A stretch of 64,000 bases of DNA, taken from NCBI GenBank assembly GCA_965644495.1, contig CBFFSA010000006.1, forward strand, positions 744,001 through 808,000, in the 5' to 3' direction. A model generated the notes under the pieces. It had not been told where the DNA came from. It did not search any database and worked only from the letters and a program-made list of their open reading frames with translations. This stretch comes from Perkinsela sp. CCAP 1560/9 (Eukaryota; Protista; Euglenozoa: Kinetoplastea). A program made the translations under genes and the position numbers. Below, piece by piece: positions 42,035 through 52,727 of this stretch; within the stretch, counting starts at the first letter, position 1, and every line of letters begins with the position of its first letter.

Positions 42035-44854
42035 ATGGATCATGTACGTAGACGGCGGCAACGCAAACAGAGGATTTTCACTCCTGAACAATATCAAGAG
42101 CATGATCACTATATTGGTCTTGCCAATCAAGCGTACTTGCTGAGCGATTATTCACAATGTATTGCTTGTGCTCGTCGAGCCATTCAACACATTCCTAGTG
42201 CGAGTGCCTTTGAGTTATTGCATAGCGTCTACAGAGAAAAGGGGGCCATTGAAAAATCTATGGAGTACCGCTTACTACAGGCCCACATTGACCATCGAAA
42301 TGCCGAGTTATGGGAAGAATTACTTGAGTATTATCGCGGACAACCGAATGGTGCTGTAAATTATGAGTTGCATATTATTTACGTATTGGGACGACTTCTA
42401 CCTCTTACAAGTGATCCAGACCAAGTTCTTAATATTGGACTATATCGGGCGAGTATGCTAACCCGAGCAGGCGAGGGTACTCGTGCTCAAACTCAATATG
42501 AGCAAATATTGCGAACATATCCCTATCACGTAGAAGCTTACACAGAACTTGCCAATTTATACTACCATTTGGGAAATGCGCCAAAAGCCATCGCACACCT
42601 TACAAAGTATATCGAACGTGAGATATCTCCGGAGGAAATTCCTCACATGCTGTATGCCGCTGGTATTCGTTCTGAGATTCAAACTGAGAGTGGACGTCTC
42701 TCTGACACAGTGAATGATATTCTTCAGGTAGTTACTTACCATCGTTTAATATTAGAAGAAACACCTGCGCTTTACACAAAGTACTTAGTGGCACATACAA
42801 TGCTTGCTAGCGACAAACCTCGAGAGCACGAAACTTTATTGCAAAGATGCTTATCTAGTACATCACCTGAAGTAATGTTGGATCACTATGATCTTCTATA
42901 TGACACAGCCAATGCCTTGCTTCGATTCGATCATCCTCATCTTTCAGAAATCTTACTTAAAGCACTTAGTGAAATTCCTTCTTTTGATAAGCTTCCAGAG
43001 GCTTCTCGCACTGCCCTATATTTTTCTTTAGCTCGTTGTGCATCAGCTTTGAGTGACTCTTCCGGCATGGTAGAATTTCTTAGGCGTGTTTTGGAAAGTT
43101 CTCCCACTCACGTGGAATCTCATTTAATGCTGGCGCAACATTACTTTTCAATTGGTGGAGGCTTGGACACGGTACTCTCTCACCTAAAGGAGTACGACGG
43201 CACAGATCCTGTACTTTCTCTTCGATTAGCTTATCATCGGGCAATATTTTTTTTACATCAGGACACGCGTGGTGTTCTACTTCCATCCGAGAGACGCCTA
43301 CTGGCTCGAACTGACTTACTCCGAATCATACAAGCTTCGCTCCGTGATCCACCCGTACACAGCTTAGTACTAGATAAGCGAAAGCGTACACGGATGGGGC
43401 AAGCAACTTCTGCTTCAGTGTATCCTTCTTCCACCATGACTATGACACAAATCGTCGATCGTGCTGGGGGTATACGAGGCGATGCTCCGTCCAGTGTGGC
43501 ATCTACTTTTCATTGGGAAAGCCGACCGTTCGATCGCCCTGCTGGTGGAAAGTCACAACGTTATGACACCGCCTCGGTGCGTTCAAGTATGCCTCAATCT
43601 AATCTAGATGAGCCAAATCATTCACTTTTTCGTTTTAATCGAAAGCAAAAGTGTACGTTCACTTCTACATCTCAGAGTACAGAGCGAAATAGACCAATGA
43701 TTTCAGGTGAAGGTTCAGAAGCTAAAGCAGTTACTTCAGTTCCCGAAAAATCACGTACGGATGTTGCAAATTTGGAGGACTTAGAAGTTTTTGAGGAAAT
43801 GGCAATTTTAGATAGTGTGATTGAGGATATACAACACCAAAGTGCATCTTTTGAAAGTGATCACTCTTCGAAAGCTGACCAAAATCAGGCCAACTCTGAC
43901 GATTTACCGAATGAAATAGAAGATCTGAATATTTCAAATTTGCCCCCAGCCGCATCAATAACAATTTTAAACTGGACGGACGTCAAAATTGCGCTTCCCT
44001 CAGAATCCGATTTTTTTGAAGCAATTTTTATGCTCGTTGCAACTTTTGATAACACTTCGGATCATCTATACTGGTTGACTTCTGTACAAGCAGCTCACCG
44101 ATTGAAGAGCGTACAGCACCGCGAAAATCTTTTAATGACTATTTTTCACGTAGCAATGCAAGCTGGGCATGACGGAATTGCCATGCAGCAAATCACACAA
44201 CTTTTGCGCAATTCGTACAAAGGAGTGATCTTGTGGAACAAACTCTCTGATTTATTTACCCGACTCCGTCATACTTCAGCCGTGAATGCTTTTCGCCGAA
44301 TTGCCGGAAGAACTCCTAATACGTCAAATTCATTTCCCATTCAAATGTTATTGGGGCATACTTATGCGGCAGATGCCTCAATGAATCAGGTTGCACGAAG
44401 TGCAATACGCTATTATGGTGCTTTTTCTGTGTGTCCAAATGATTCACTCGCGCCATTATGCTTAGCGTTCGCCTATGCCAGATGGTGTCGTAGTCGCGCC
44501 TCTGATTTAAGGCATCGAAACGAAATGTGGCTATTAAGTTGGGGCTTTGCTGCTCGGCATCGTATCAACCGTGAAAAAGAAGCCAAAGATTTTGGGTGGC
44601 TGGAAGGAACGTATAACATGGCGAGAATCTCAGACTACGTGGGTCTTCAATACCTAGCATGCAAACTTTATCAAGAGGTATTGAATTCAACAAGAACGCG
44701 TTATGGAGCACGACACTACTCTATCCCAAAGGATGATGAACGATCCTATCAAACACTGTTACGCTGTTCTGCTTTTAATTTACACGTTATTTATCGGCAA
44801 AGTGGCAATTTTGATCTTGCGCACGCAGTGCTTTGTAGATATATCGTTCTGTAA
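42035..44854 (+). CDS. TFC4: TFIIIC TPR subunit Tfc4/tau131 (GTF3C3)
   Basis: N-terminal TPRs; C-terminal EGTYNMAR...LA..LYQEVL and AFNLHVIYRQSGN..LA typical of Tfc4. Confidence 0.8.
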   Translation: MDHVRRRRQRKQRIFTPEQYQEHDHYIGLANQAYLLSDYSQCIACARRAIQHIPSASAFELLHSVYREKGAIEKSMEYRLLQAHIDHRNAELWEELLEYYRGQPNGAVNYELHIIYVLGRLLPLTSDPDQVLNIGLYRASMLTRAGEGTRAQTQYEQILRTYPYHVEAYTELANLYYHLGNAPKAIAHLTKYIEREISPEEIPHMLYAAGIRSEIQTESGRLSDTVNDILQVVTYHRLILEETPALYTKYLVAHTMLASDKPREHETLLQRCLSSTSPEVMLDHYDLLYDTANALLRFDHPHLSEILLKALSEIPSFDKLPEASRTALYFSLARCASALSDSSGMVEFLRRVLESSPTHVESHLMLAQHYFSIGGGLDTVLSHLKEYDGTDPVLSLRLAYHRAIFFLHQDTRGVLLPSERRLLARTDLLRIIQASLRDPPVHSLVLDKRKRTRMGQATSASVYPSSTMTMTQIVDRAGGIRGDAPSSVASTFHWESRPFDRPAGGKSQRYDTASVRSSMPQSNLDEPNHSLFRFNRKQKCTFTSTSQSTERNRPMISGEGSEAKAVTSVPEKSRTDVANLEDLEVFEEMAILDSVIEDIQHQSASFESDHSSKADQNQANSDDLPNEIEDLNISNLPPAASITILNWTDVKIALPSESDFFEAIFMLVATFDNTSDHLYWLTSVQAAHRLKSVQHRENLLMTIFHVAMQAGHDGIAMQQITQLLRNSYKGVILWNKLSDLFTRLRHTSAVNAFRRIAGRTPNTSNSFPIQMLLGHTYAADASMNQVARSAIRYYGAFSVCPNDSLAPLCLAFAYARWCRSRASDLRHRNEMWLLSWGFAARHRINREKEAKDFGWLEGTYNMARISDYVGLQYLACKLYQEVLNSTRTRYGARHYSIPKDDERSYQTLLRCSAFNLHVIYRQSGNFDLAHAVLCRYIVL

Positions 44855-45118
44855 GACCGTAAAGTAACACATTTAAACGCTTCTTGTACTATATTCTTTT
44901 TCAACACTTGAATTCTCGCCTCATATCCCTATCACGCCCTGTAGGTCAGCTTTGATTCTTAACTTTGGAAGGTATGCTATCGAATGTACTACATTGGAGG
45001 GTATATTATTTTACGTTGTTTCTTAAACTATCCGGCACTTTACTTACGGAATCCTAACACTCTAATTACAAACAACATAGTTCTTTTTGACATCATCTCC
45101 AAGCCTTTCTCTTACTTC

Positions 45119-45859
45119 ATGCTTTTCTCCGAGACTCCCCCTTTTCCTTCTCACCCTCACCCACCCTCCACCGGCTCTACCTCCCTGCCACGAACCGTCC
45201 CCACTCAACATGAATGGTCTCCCTACGAGGACAACGGAGGCAGTGTCATTGCCATCGGAGGCCCGGGCTTTGTTGTGGTCGGGGCCGACACCCGACTCAG
45301 CGAGGGGTACACGATCTTCACCCGGGAGGACGACAGCAAGGTGACCGTACTCACCCCCCAGTGCCTGCTCGCCTCCACCGGGATGCAAGCCGACCGCGTC
45401 GCCCTCAGCCACACCCTCCGGGAGAACCTCCAGTGGTACCGTTTCAACCACCGCCAGGTCGCGGGCACGCGAGCGATCTCGCAAATGCTCTCGAACCAGC
45501 TCTACTACCGCCGGTTCTTCCCGCTGTACACGTTTAACGTGCTGGCGGGGCTGGACGAGCACGGGGACGGGGTGTGCTTCTCCTACGACGCCGTAGGGTG
45601 TACCGAGCCGCTGCGGTACGGATCCACGGGCTCCGGACATACTTTGATTGAGCCGTTGTTGGATAATCAAATCCGACGGGCGCATCAGGGTAATGGGGGG
45701 GAGGGGGAGATGACGGTGGATCAGGCGGTGGGTCTGATCAAGGAAGCGTTTACCGGGGCATGTGAGCGGGATATTTACTGTGGAGATTACGTGAATGTGT
45801 ATGTCTTGACCAAGGAAGGTGGGTTGTCAACGCAGAGAGTGGATTTGCGTAAAGATTAA
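45119..45859 (+). CDS. PSMB1: 20S proteasome subunit beta-6 (PSMB1/Pre7)
   Basis: WSPYEDNGGS, LYYRRFFPLYTFNVLAGLD, ERDIYCGD, LRKD C-terminus. Confidence 0.95.
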   Translation: MLFSETPPFPSHPHPPSTGSTSLPRTVPTQHEWSPYEDNGGSVIAIGGPGFVVVGADTRLSEGYTIFTREDDSKVTVLTPQCLLASTGMQADRVALSHTLRENLQWYRFNHRQVAGTRAISQMLSNQLYYRRFFPLYTFNVLAGLDEHGDGVCFSYDAVGCTEPLRYGSTGSGHTLIEPLLDNQIRRAHQGNGGEGEMTVDQAVGLIKEAFTGACERDIYCGDYVNVYVLTKEGGLSTQRVDLRKD

Positions 45860-46340
45860 AGAGTGCGTTCATGGATGTGTTAGTTAGAATCATGGGTGTG
45901 TTAGAGAATTCCAGACGCATTTTTGCATGCCCGTGCAAGGTTGATAATGTCGCTGCGCATATTTCTATTTTCGTTTTTCATAGCTTTTCGATATACTCCC
46001 CCCTACTTAAGAGTCCGAGTGGTACCCCCTGCCTAAGAGTCATTTTTGACGGAGCCTCGGAAGCACCGCCAGATTTTTTTTGTGGGTTTTTTTGATATTT
46101 TTAGTTCGCCACCTTTTAGTTTTTTATTGGAATTTAGTTTATAATTTGTTTATAAAATTGATTGACCCGTGAGCTTCAAGAGTCCTCCTCGGTCACGATG
46201 ATCTCTCTGGCAGCAGTCTACTCGCCCTGTAGAACACGAAATGCTTTATGTGCGAAAAAGGCTCTCATCGACGCGCCCATGCTAGCTTGGATGGTTCAGA
46301 GAAGTTAGTAATACCAAGTTTCTCCCACTCTTTGATCGTA

Positions 46341-46430
46341 GCGTATACCCCCCCAGTAAGAGAAAGGGTTTTGGGTCCAAATGGCCAAATCTCTCTTACT
46401 GGGGGGGTACCTTACTGGGGGGGTATACGG
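46341..46430. mobile_element. 90-bp family C MITE
   Basis: TA|GCGTATACCCCCCCAGTAAG ... CTTACTGGGGGGGTATACGG|TA. Confidence 0.85.
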
Positions 46431-46434
46431 TATA

Positions 46435-47791
46435 CATGGAGTCTGTGCTAAACTTGGTTTTCACAAATTTTCACGAATTTTCACAAGTTTTCGCCTGCAA
46501 GTCATTTTATCTATTTCGGTGCGATTCTCAACTTTTCTTTTATCATTGAGTAATATTTCGAATAAACTTTATTTTTTATGTCCGTGCAGTCCTCAATCAT
46601 TCGTCAAGAGTGGGGAAACGCATGAAAACTACACCATTCACTATTCCTCGTGCAGGTCGCCCTAGCTTTTGTGTGTATTGTAAGTGGTGCCCCACTCCTG
46701 ACGAACAAAGGGATAGATGTGTGTTTTGCCTCGAGGACGGCCTCCTACAGGGCACTGAAGTCTGCGTTCATTGTGGACAAAGTCAAGTTGTTGAAGCATT
46801 TCCCCCTCACATTCTACAAAGTTTCGAAACGTTGAATATTGACGTCCCTGCTGCGCAAAAAACATCAAGTTCCTTTTATCTTCGATCTGTCACCGGGCTT
46901 AGATTGACTTTCGTTCACATTGCCTACGTGTTGGTTGCATGTCAAAACAGCATAACATGGTCGGACGATAAGACAAAGTTTATCCGTGCTTCGACTAATT
47001 TTGCGCGGAAGTTCAGCATTACCCTAGATCAGCAGAGTGAACGTTCAATGTCCACCGTTTTCAAAAACATATGGAACAGTTATATCGGTGTCTTGAACGC
47101 CACGCTCGCATCTGTTCGTGCACAAATCAAGGCAGAAATACAAACCAAGCTTAGTGGACATGACGATCGCTTTCGTGTTCCCCTGAACAAAGTATACAAG
47201 GCAAAGTCTTACATAGAGAGTCCTGAGTGGGAAGAAGCAAGCACCTCAGATGCAGCCTTCAAAAACTGGACACACTCCATAGAACTCCTGAACAATTGCT
47301 TTATATCATGTTTAAGTACATAATATCGAAGCCTACCAGCGTTATGAGTGGCATGGGAAGTACGACAGCGAATTGTTGCCTGAGAAAAGGGCTGCAACAG
47401 ATGCCAAGATTTTTTCAGCTAGGATGCAGCGTAAGCGGTATCCCCGACCAAATTCAACATCCCCTAACCAGCGTACCTTGGATTGATTCGTATATTCTAG
47501 CAATCAACATTCCAATATCCGTTGGTTACAAATAGGCACGGAACGTAATTCTGATAATGAGGAAGATGTTGTTTTAACTTAATTTACGGTTTTAGCGTAG
47601 TGTATTTCCAAACATGATACTTTAGACTACAGTTCGGGGCTTTATTACGGGACATTTTAACCCCACCCCCACATTGTCCCTTAAATCTGTGGCTCAATGG
47701 GGATTTTTTGTTTTCACGAATCTTCACGAATCTTCACAAAACTTCACGAATTTTTACAAGATTTCACGTGATATTTGCACAGACTCCCATG
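46435..47791. mobile_element. Family F TIR element carrying a cargo ORF
   Basis: TA|CATGGAGTCTGTGCTAAA ... TTTGCACAGACTCCCATG|TA; subterminal 10-bp TTTCACGAA repeats at both ends. Confidence 0.8.
46622..47323 (+). CDS. Cys-rich (three CxxC) hypothetical protein inside element F, possibly frameshifted and extending to about 47486
   Basis: CVYC..C, CVFC, CVHC; plausible continuation NIEAYQRYEWHGK... in the +1 frame. Confidence 0.55.
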   Translation: MKTTPFTIPRAGRPSFCVYCKWCPTPDEQRDRCVFCLEDGLLQGTEVCVHCGQSQVVEAFPPHILQSFETLNIDVPAAQKTSSSFYLRSVTGLRLTFVHIAYVLVACQNSITWSDDKTKFIRASTNFARKFSITLDQQSERSMSTVFKNIWNSYIGVLNATLASVRAQIKAEIQTKLSGHDDRFRVPLNKVYKAKSYIESPEWEEASTSDAAFKNWTHSIELLNNCFISCLST

Positions 47792-48424
47792 TAATATAGG
47801 AGACACAACGCGCTCTCACGTAAAAAACAAGATTTTAAGCGATTGAACAACCTAACATCGCAAGGGGGTGGAGCACGCTTCGCCGGTACAAATGTACTCG
47901 CATCCACGGATATTCTCCTTCAAGTTTACATTCTGACCAAAAATTCGTCTACTTACAGCAGAACCATGGTCACTGCAGCAATGAATTGAAAGAATCATGT
48001 TACGCTGACGGCCATTGTGCAGACCCCGACTTTTATTAGAAAAAAAATATATGTATAGTGAAAAAAAGGAACAGGTGTTGTTGAAATACTATGAAAAAAT
48101 GCTGACCTCTCTACTTAAGAGTCTGGGAAATTCTTACCCCCCCTCCACTTAAGAGTTAAAAAAAAAAAAAAAAAACTTAAGAGTCCAAATTCCCACAATT
48201 GTCGGACTTTTAAGTAGGGACTCTTAGGCACCCTAGTTTCTTTCCAGAACTGTTTTACTTTGCATCTGTGTCCCCTTCTCCTCCTCTAGATTTCTTTTTT
48301 CTATTAAAAGTTGTCTCTTTTAAGTTTTTAAATTATAAAAAGGCTTTTAGAAACATTTTGATAAATTTACTTTTTTCTACTCAATACGTCCATCTACAGC
48401 GGAGCACAACGTATCAGCTGACGC

Positions 48425-49021
48425 ATGAATTTCAACGCGCAAACACTTGCCGGTTCTATTGCAACTTTTGGAGGACAGATAAACCCTTACTGCAATTACA
48501 CCTCCCACTATGCCAAAGGATTTGTCTACCGCGAACTCAACAAATTCACAAGTCCTATGCGCAAAGGTATTTTTCTACTTAAAGTACGCACGGCAGCTGA
48601 GCTGCGATTTGCAGAAATTGTAAAGCGCTACATGTCCGAAAAACTCACTGGCGGATTGGGTGTGTATGCCGTCATTACGGGGTGTGCGGAACTGATTGAT
48701 CACATGAACTCTATCATTCCTAAGGACGAATACGAAATCAAACGCATGACTTCTTACATGCTCTCTCGCAAGCACTCTGAAGAATACCGCCGCATGGTGA
48801 TTCAAACATGGGTAAAGTGTTTGTTTACATGTGAATCCACGAATTATGCGGGATACGGAGAAATGCATCACCAGCAAGCGGGCAGAATGGCGACTGAGGA
48901 AGAATTTATGGCATACGTGTGGTTCGTTTTGTTCATGTGCACAGTGGGTGCGGCAACGCTTACTGGGTTGTATTGGTACTGGAAGTATGGTCAAGGTTTT
49001 GAGGTAGTCCCAATCCAGTAA
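48425..49021 (+). CDS. Conserved kinetoplastid protein with C-terminal TM, possibly mitochondrial membrane
   Basis: TFGGQ.NP.CNYTS, LKVRTAAE and IIPKDEYE recalled from conserved kinetoplastid hypotheticals; function not established. Confidence 0.7.
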   Translation: MNFNAQTLAGSIATFGGQINPYCNYTSHYAKGFVYRELNKFTSPMRKGIFLLKVRTAAELRFAEIVKRYMSEKLTGGLGVYAVITGCAELIDHMNSIIPKDEYEIKRMTSYMLSRKHSEEYRRMVIQTWVKCLFTCESTNYAGYGEMHHQQAGRMATEEEFMAYVWFVLFMCTVGAATLTGLYWYWKYGQGFEVVPIQ

Positions 49022-50409
49022 AGGAGATTCGTCCATCATTGGCAACAAGCTGGATCTATTTTACTTTCTATATTTTGACACTTTTTTAAGGTGAAGTACT
49101 AAAAGTGAATCTTTACAGATATTAAGATTTCTATATAATGTGTTTACCACATTCTTCTTATTTTCTTAATGAGAACATTAATTACATCAATAGTATAGTG
49201 GCATAAATTTTCTCATGATGTAAGGAAACTAGTACTTGTACAAATGAAATATAGAATTCTGCACATCGTTCCAATTTTTTTGTATTTTCTTGTATTTCCC
49301 CAAACGCTTAGCAAATTAATTAAATGGATTTTTTTGCATTAAAAATTTATACTGCAGAGTAATATTTTTTAATTCTAAAATTACATGGTTTGCTACATGC
49401 ACTTACATAAGCAAAGGGAAACGTTTTCTTTTCTTGTTTCTACTTCTTATTTTCAAACATTAATCCACCATGCAAGTCTCTTAACTTGTATCAAAATTCC
49501 TTAAAGGGGCGTCGAATCGTTGAAAAGACAACTGGTCTATAGAACATTTATTTATTGAAGAATTTCATATCGCATTCTTCAAACACCGCGCGCTCGAGGT
49601 AAAGTAACCTATTGAAGAAAAAACGTCTCTTTCAAACGTGTTCGAGCGTTCTTATTAAATTATACGAGATTTATTCAATAAATTTCATTATTCCTGCACT
49701 TGTCTGGTCCCAGCGTATTTTTGAGAAAGTTAGGCCATGTGAGCTTATTGTTGATTTTACTTCTGCATCAGACCCTATTTAAAGTGGTACACTCTCCTGT
49801 GACATTTAATCTTTCGATTTCAAGATAGATAAGTCTAAGAACTCCACATAAATATTGCCTATCGAAAAAACAAAATATTCCTTGTAGCTTTTGTGTGTTC
49901 TCGGCTCATTGAATCGTGTTATCAGCATGATTTCTACACTCTGAGTGAAGTTCACTCATTTTCCCACGGGCAAATTATGATGCGGATAACCGAAATATGC
50001 TATTCAGTTCAACGACACGCTTTCATTGGTTCTCTCTTTGATGACGCACTTCTCATTACACATTTTGGATAGCACGAGGTTGTTTTGAAAGCAGTTTTTA
50101 ACGCGAAGTGCCCAGCAGTGGTGTCCTCTAAGTTAAAAACAGCCACTGTTTTTGAAACCTGTTTTGTAAAACCTCTTTAGCGTTTCCTGTTGGTGACTCT
50201 TCTGTGTTCAAATCAACAGAACCAGCTGCGAGCAAATGTAGCCCCCCCTCGCTTATATACAATGCTCGCATACACTTACGGTTGTACCACCGCTCACTTT
50301 ACTACCCTCGCTTTTATACACTTACGGTTATACACTTACGGTGTATACTTACACTGGAGGGGCTGCGGGTGGGGTCTCGCGAAACCGCACCCTCGGCCCC
50401 TCACTTATA

Positions 50410-51520
50410 CAGGGGGTGGCACGAAAATATGGGGGGGTTAAAATTTTTATAGCTTGTCCAATTTTGGAAAGTAGCACCGCATTCAAGAGCTCTAGCAGAG
50501 ATACGTGTCACCTGATATTGTGTTTCCCGTATCCAGTGGGGTAGGTCCCTATGCCTAAGGGGCTGAAAACAGCAATTGCAAGTTTGAAATTTTGAAAAAT
50601 GTGTCATTTTGAAATTTTGAAAAATGTAATCTTAATACAAGTCTTCAAAGTGTTTAAAAATGTTTTGTTCTGTTCTCCTTTCAACAATTCAATCCCAGAT
50701 GCGATCGCCGATCGCAGTCCTGACCGATTTGTGGGGCATAATGAGCTTCTCTCGCAACGGCAGAAAAGGACCCAGTTTCATCATACTTCTTTACTAAAGT
50801 ATGCGGTGGGTGATTTTTTGCTGTCCACGAGGACTATAACAATGCCGATCACGGTGCTGTACACCTTTATTGGAATAAGCCCGTTTCTGTGGCATAACGT
50901 GGCGGAAAGATAAAAAATAGAAGGAAAATATTGTTTTTTTCATGCACTTATAGTGCAGAGATTTGCCTCACTACATGTCCTTACCCGCATACGACGGGTG
51001 GATCACGTGAGGGTTCGCCTACGCCTGTGGCAAGTGGGTGCAGAGAGCTGGCGTCCCAGGTGCAGAGAGCTCGGTTGTCATGTGCAGGTGCAGAGAGCCG
51101 GATGCATAATCCCCATATTGCAGTTTCGGGGGCAATCCGAGTGCAGAGAGCTGTGACAGAGCCGAGGTGCGGAGAGCTGGGTGACCGCCAGGTGCGGAGA
51201 GCCGGAAGTCGTAGCGAAGGACACGTCTAGTGGTCCTCAAGGGAGGCCACCGCGACGCATGGCCTCCTCGGAAAGGCAGACACGAGAAAGAAAAGCCGAG
51301 AGAGGGAAACACACTCACTCCAGGAGAGTGAGTCGGGGAGGGGTGAAGGGTGAAAGGCGCGTCCCCTGCTTCAACGAAAAGAGGGACAGTCCCGACCTTA
51401 GTGCCGGCCGGCAACGGGCATATAATTACAGTAAGACTATGCCCGTTGCCGGGGAAAGAAAGGATGAACTAAGGAAAAAGTACCAACAAGGTAAAACTGT
51501 ATCTAAACTAACACCCCCTG
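50410..51520. mobile_element. Family G element (CAGGGGGTG...CACCCCCTG), followed by another left end at 51523 sharing the TA
   Basis: TA|CAGGGGGTGGCACGAAAA at 50410 and 51523; ACACCCCCTG|TA at 51520. Confidence 0.75.
51036..51204 (+). repeat. Six GTGC(A/G)GAGAGC repeats with variable spacers
   Basis: Copies near 51038, 51060, 51088, 51141, 51167 and 51192. Confidence 0.8.
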
Positions 51521-52727
51521 TACAGGGGGTGGCACGAAAACTGTTACACCTGCCAATTTTGGCCGATGCGGCCGTTTTGGCTAATTTTTGTTGCATTTTG
51601 CAGATCTCAGTGTTAATATCGTGTTGAAACCATTCTGAGTACAAGAGTAGATGGGGTAGGGTGATTTTTTGGACTCCGAAAACAAGAATATTATAGTTTT
51701 TGCAAATCCTTTTGGCTACCAAAAAATATCATATTTAACATTCAGTAGTCAATGGAGCCACCATATTGGTCCCGCAGCTCTTGTAATCGAGTTGGGAGGC
51801 TGTTTAAAGTATTCAGTACTGATTCCCAGCCGTCGTTCAATAGATGATCCTTCGCCTTAACAATGGCGATCTTTAGCTCAGACCGATTTTTGGGACCTTC
51901 TGGTGTATACCTTAAAGTTATAGACCCTCATATCGGCTATGTATATACTTATCGGCTACTTTCACTTACGTATACACTTCACTACTCGTATACACTATTT
52001 GTATGCACTTACATTTATAAACTTTATATAAACTTAGCGTTTTTAGGGGGATTTTAGTGGATTTTCTTTGTTTTTTGGTGTATTTCGAGGGATCTTTGTC
52101 ATTTTTCGTTACATTTACACTTATACACTAAAACCCTGTTCCGGGTTAATGCGAAGCGGCGCCATATTTTGGATGGGTGGTTATTCCCGTTTTCTCGAAA
52201 TTGGCGTTGTTTGTTCAGCAAAGCATTTCTTAAATAAGCGAGGGCAGTGCACCGGTTAACATGCCTATATTGCGGTGGTTGTATAACTACCGCTCTACCC
52301 TCGATTATTGAAAAAAATGTGAACAAAAACAGTGAAAATATAAAGAGGAACACAGTAATAAATCCCTCCGCACCAATAAGGCACCCACCCTTAACTTTTC
52401 AGACAAATGTCCATTTGGGCTGATTTTTGTTGCATTTTTCGGTTAAACTGAACCAAATTCCGCACTTTTTCTGTTTTTCTAAAAATTCTTCATACTTCAT
52501 CAACTTTGAGCCTTTCAACCTGCTTACAACTTCTTACAAATGGACGCAAATACAATACTCCTTCATATTTTGCAATAATTGGAGCAATACATCGCCCCCA
52601 TTTCGCTTCAAGCTTCCTGTACAAATCTCTGCGAATGCTTGGATTCCGTCCCCCCTGTTTCCAGATTTGTGACGAATGGCATAATGGAGTCCAACCATTG
52701 GCGCAAATTAATAAGATCCTTCAAATA

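Larger units (their letters stand above)
45996..48220. mobile_element. Family B TIR element hosting nested C and F elements
   Basis: TA|CTCCCCCCTACTTAAGAGTCC...TTTTTGACGGAGCCTCGG left end; right end with repeated ACTTAAGAGTC and GGACTTTTAAGTAGGG, as in 52728-53705. Confidence 0.7.

Noticed and set aside
49300-50190. ORF-free stretch that might be a pseudogene
   Set aside because: No translatable motif found by eye
51036-51204. CRISPR array
   Set aside because: Repeats only about 12 bp, spacer lengths very uneven, no cas genes, eukaryotic context
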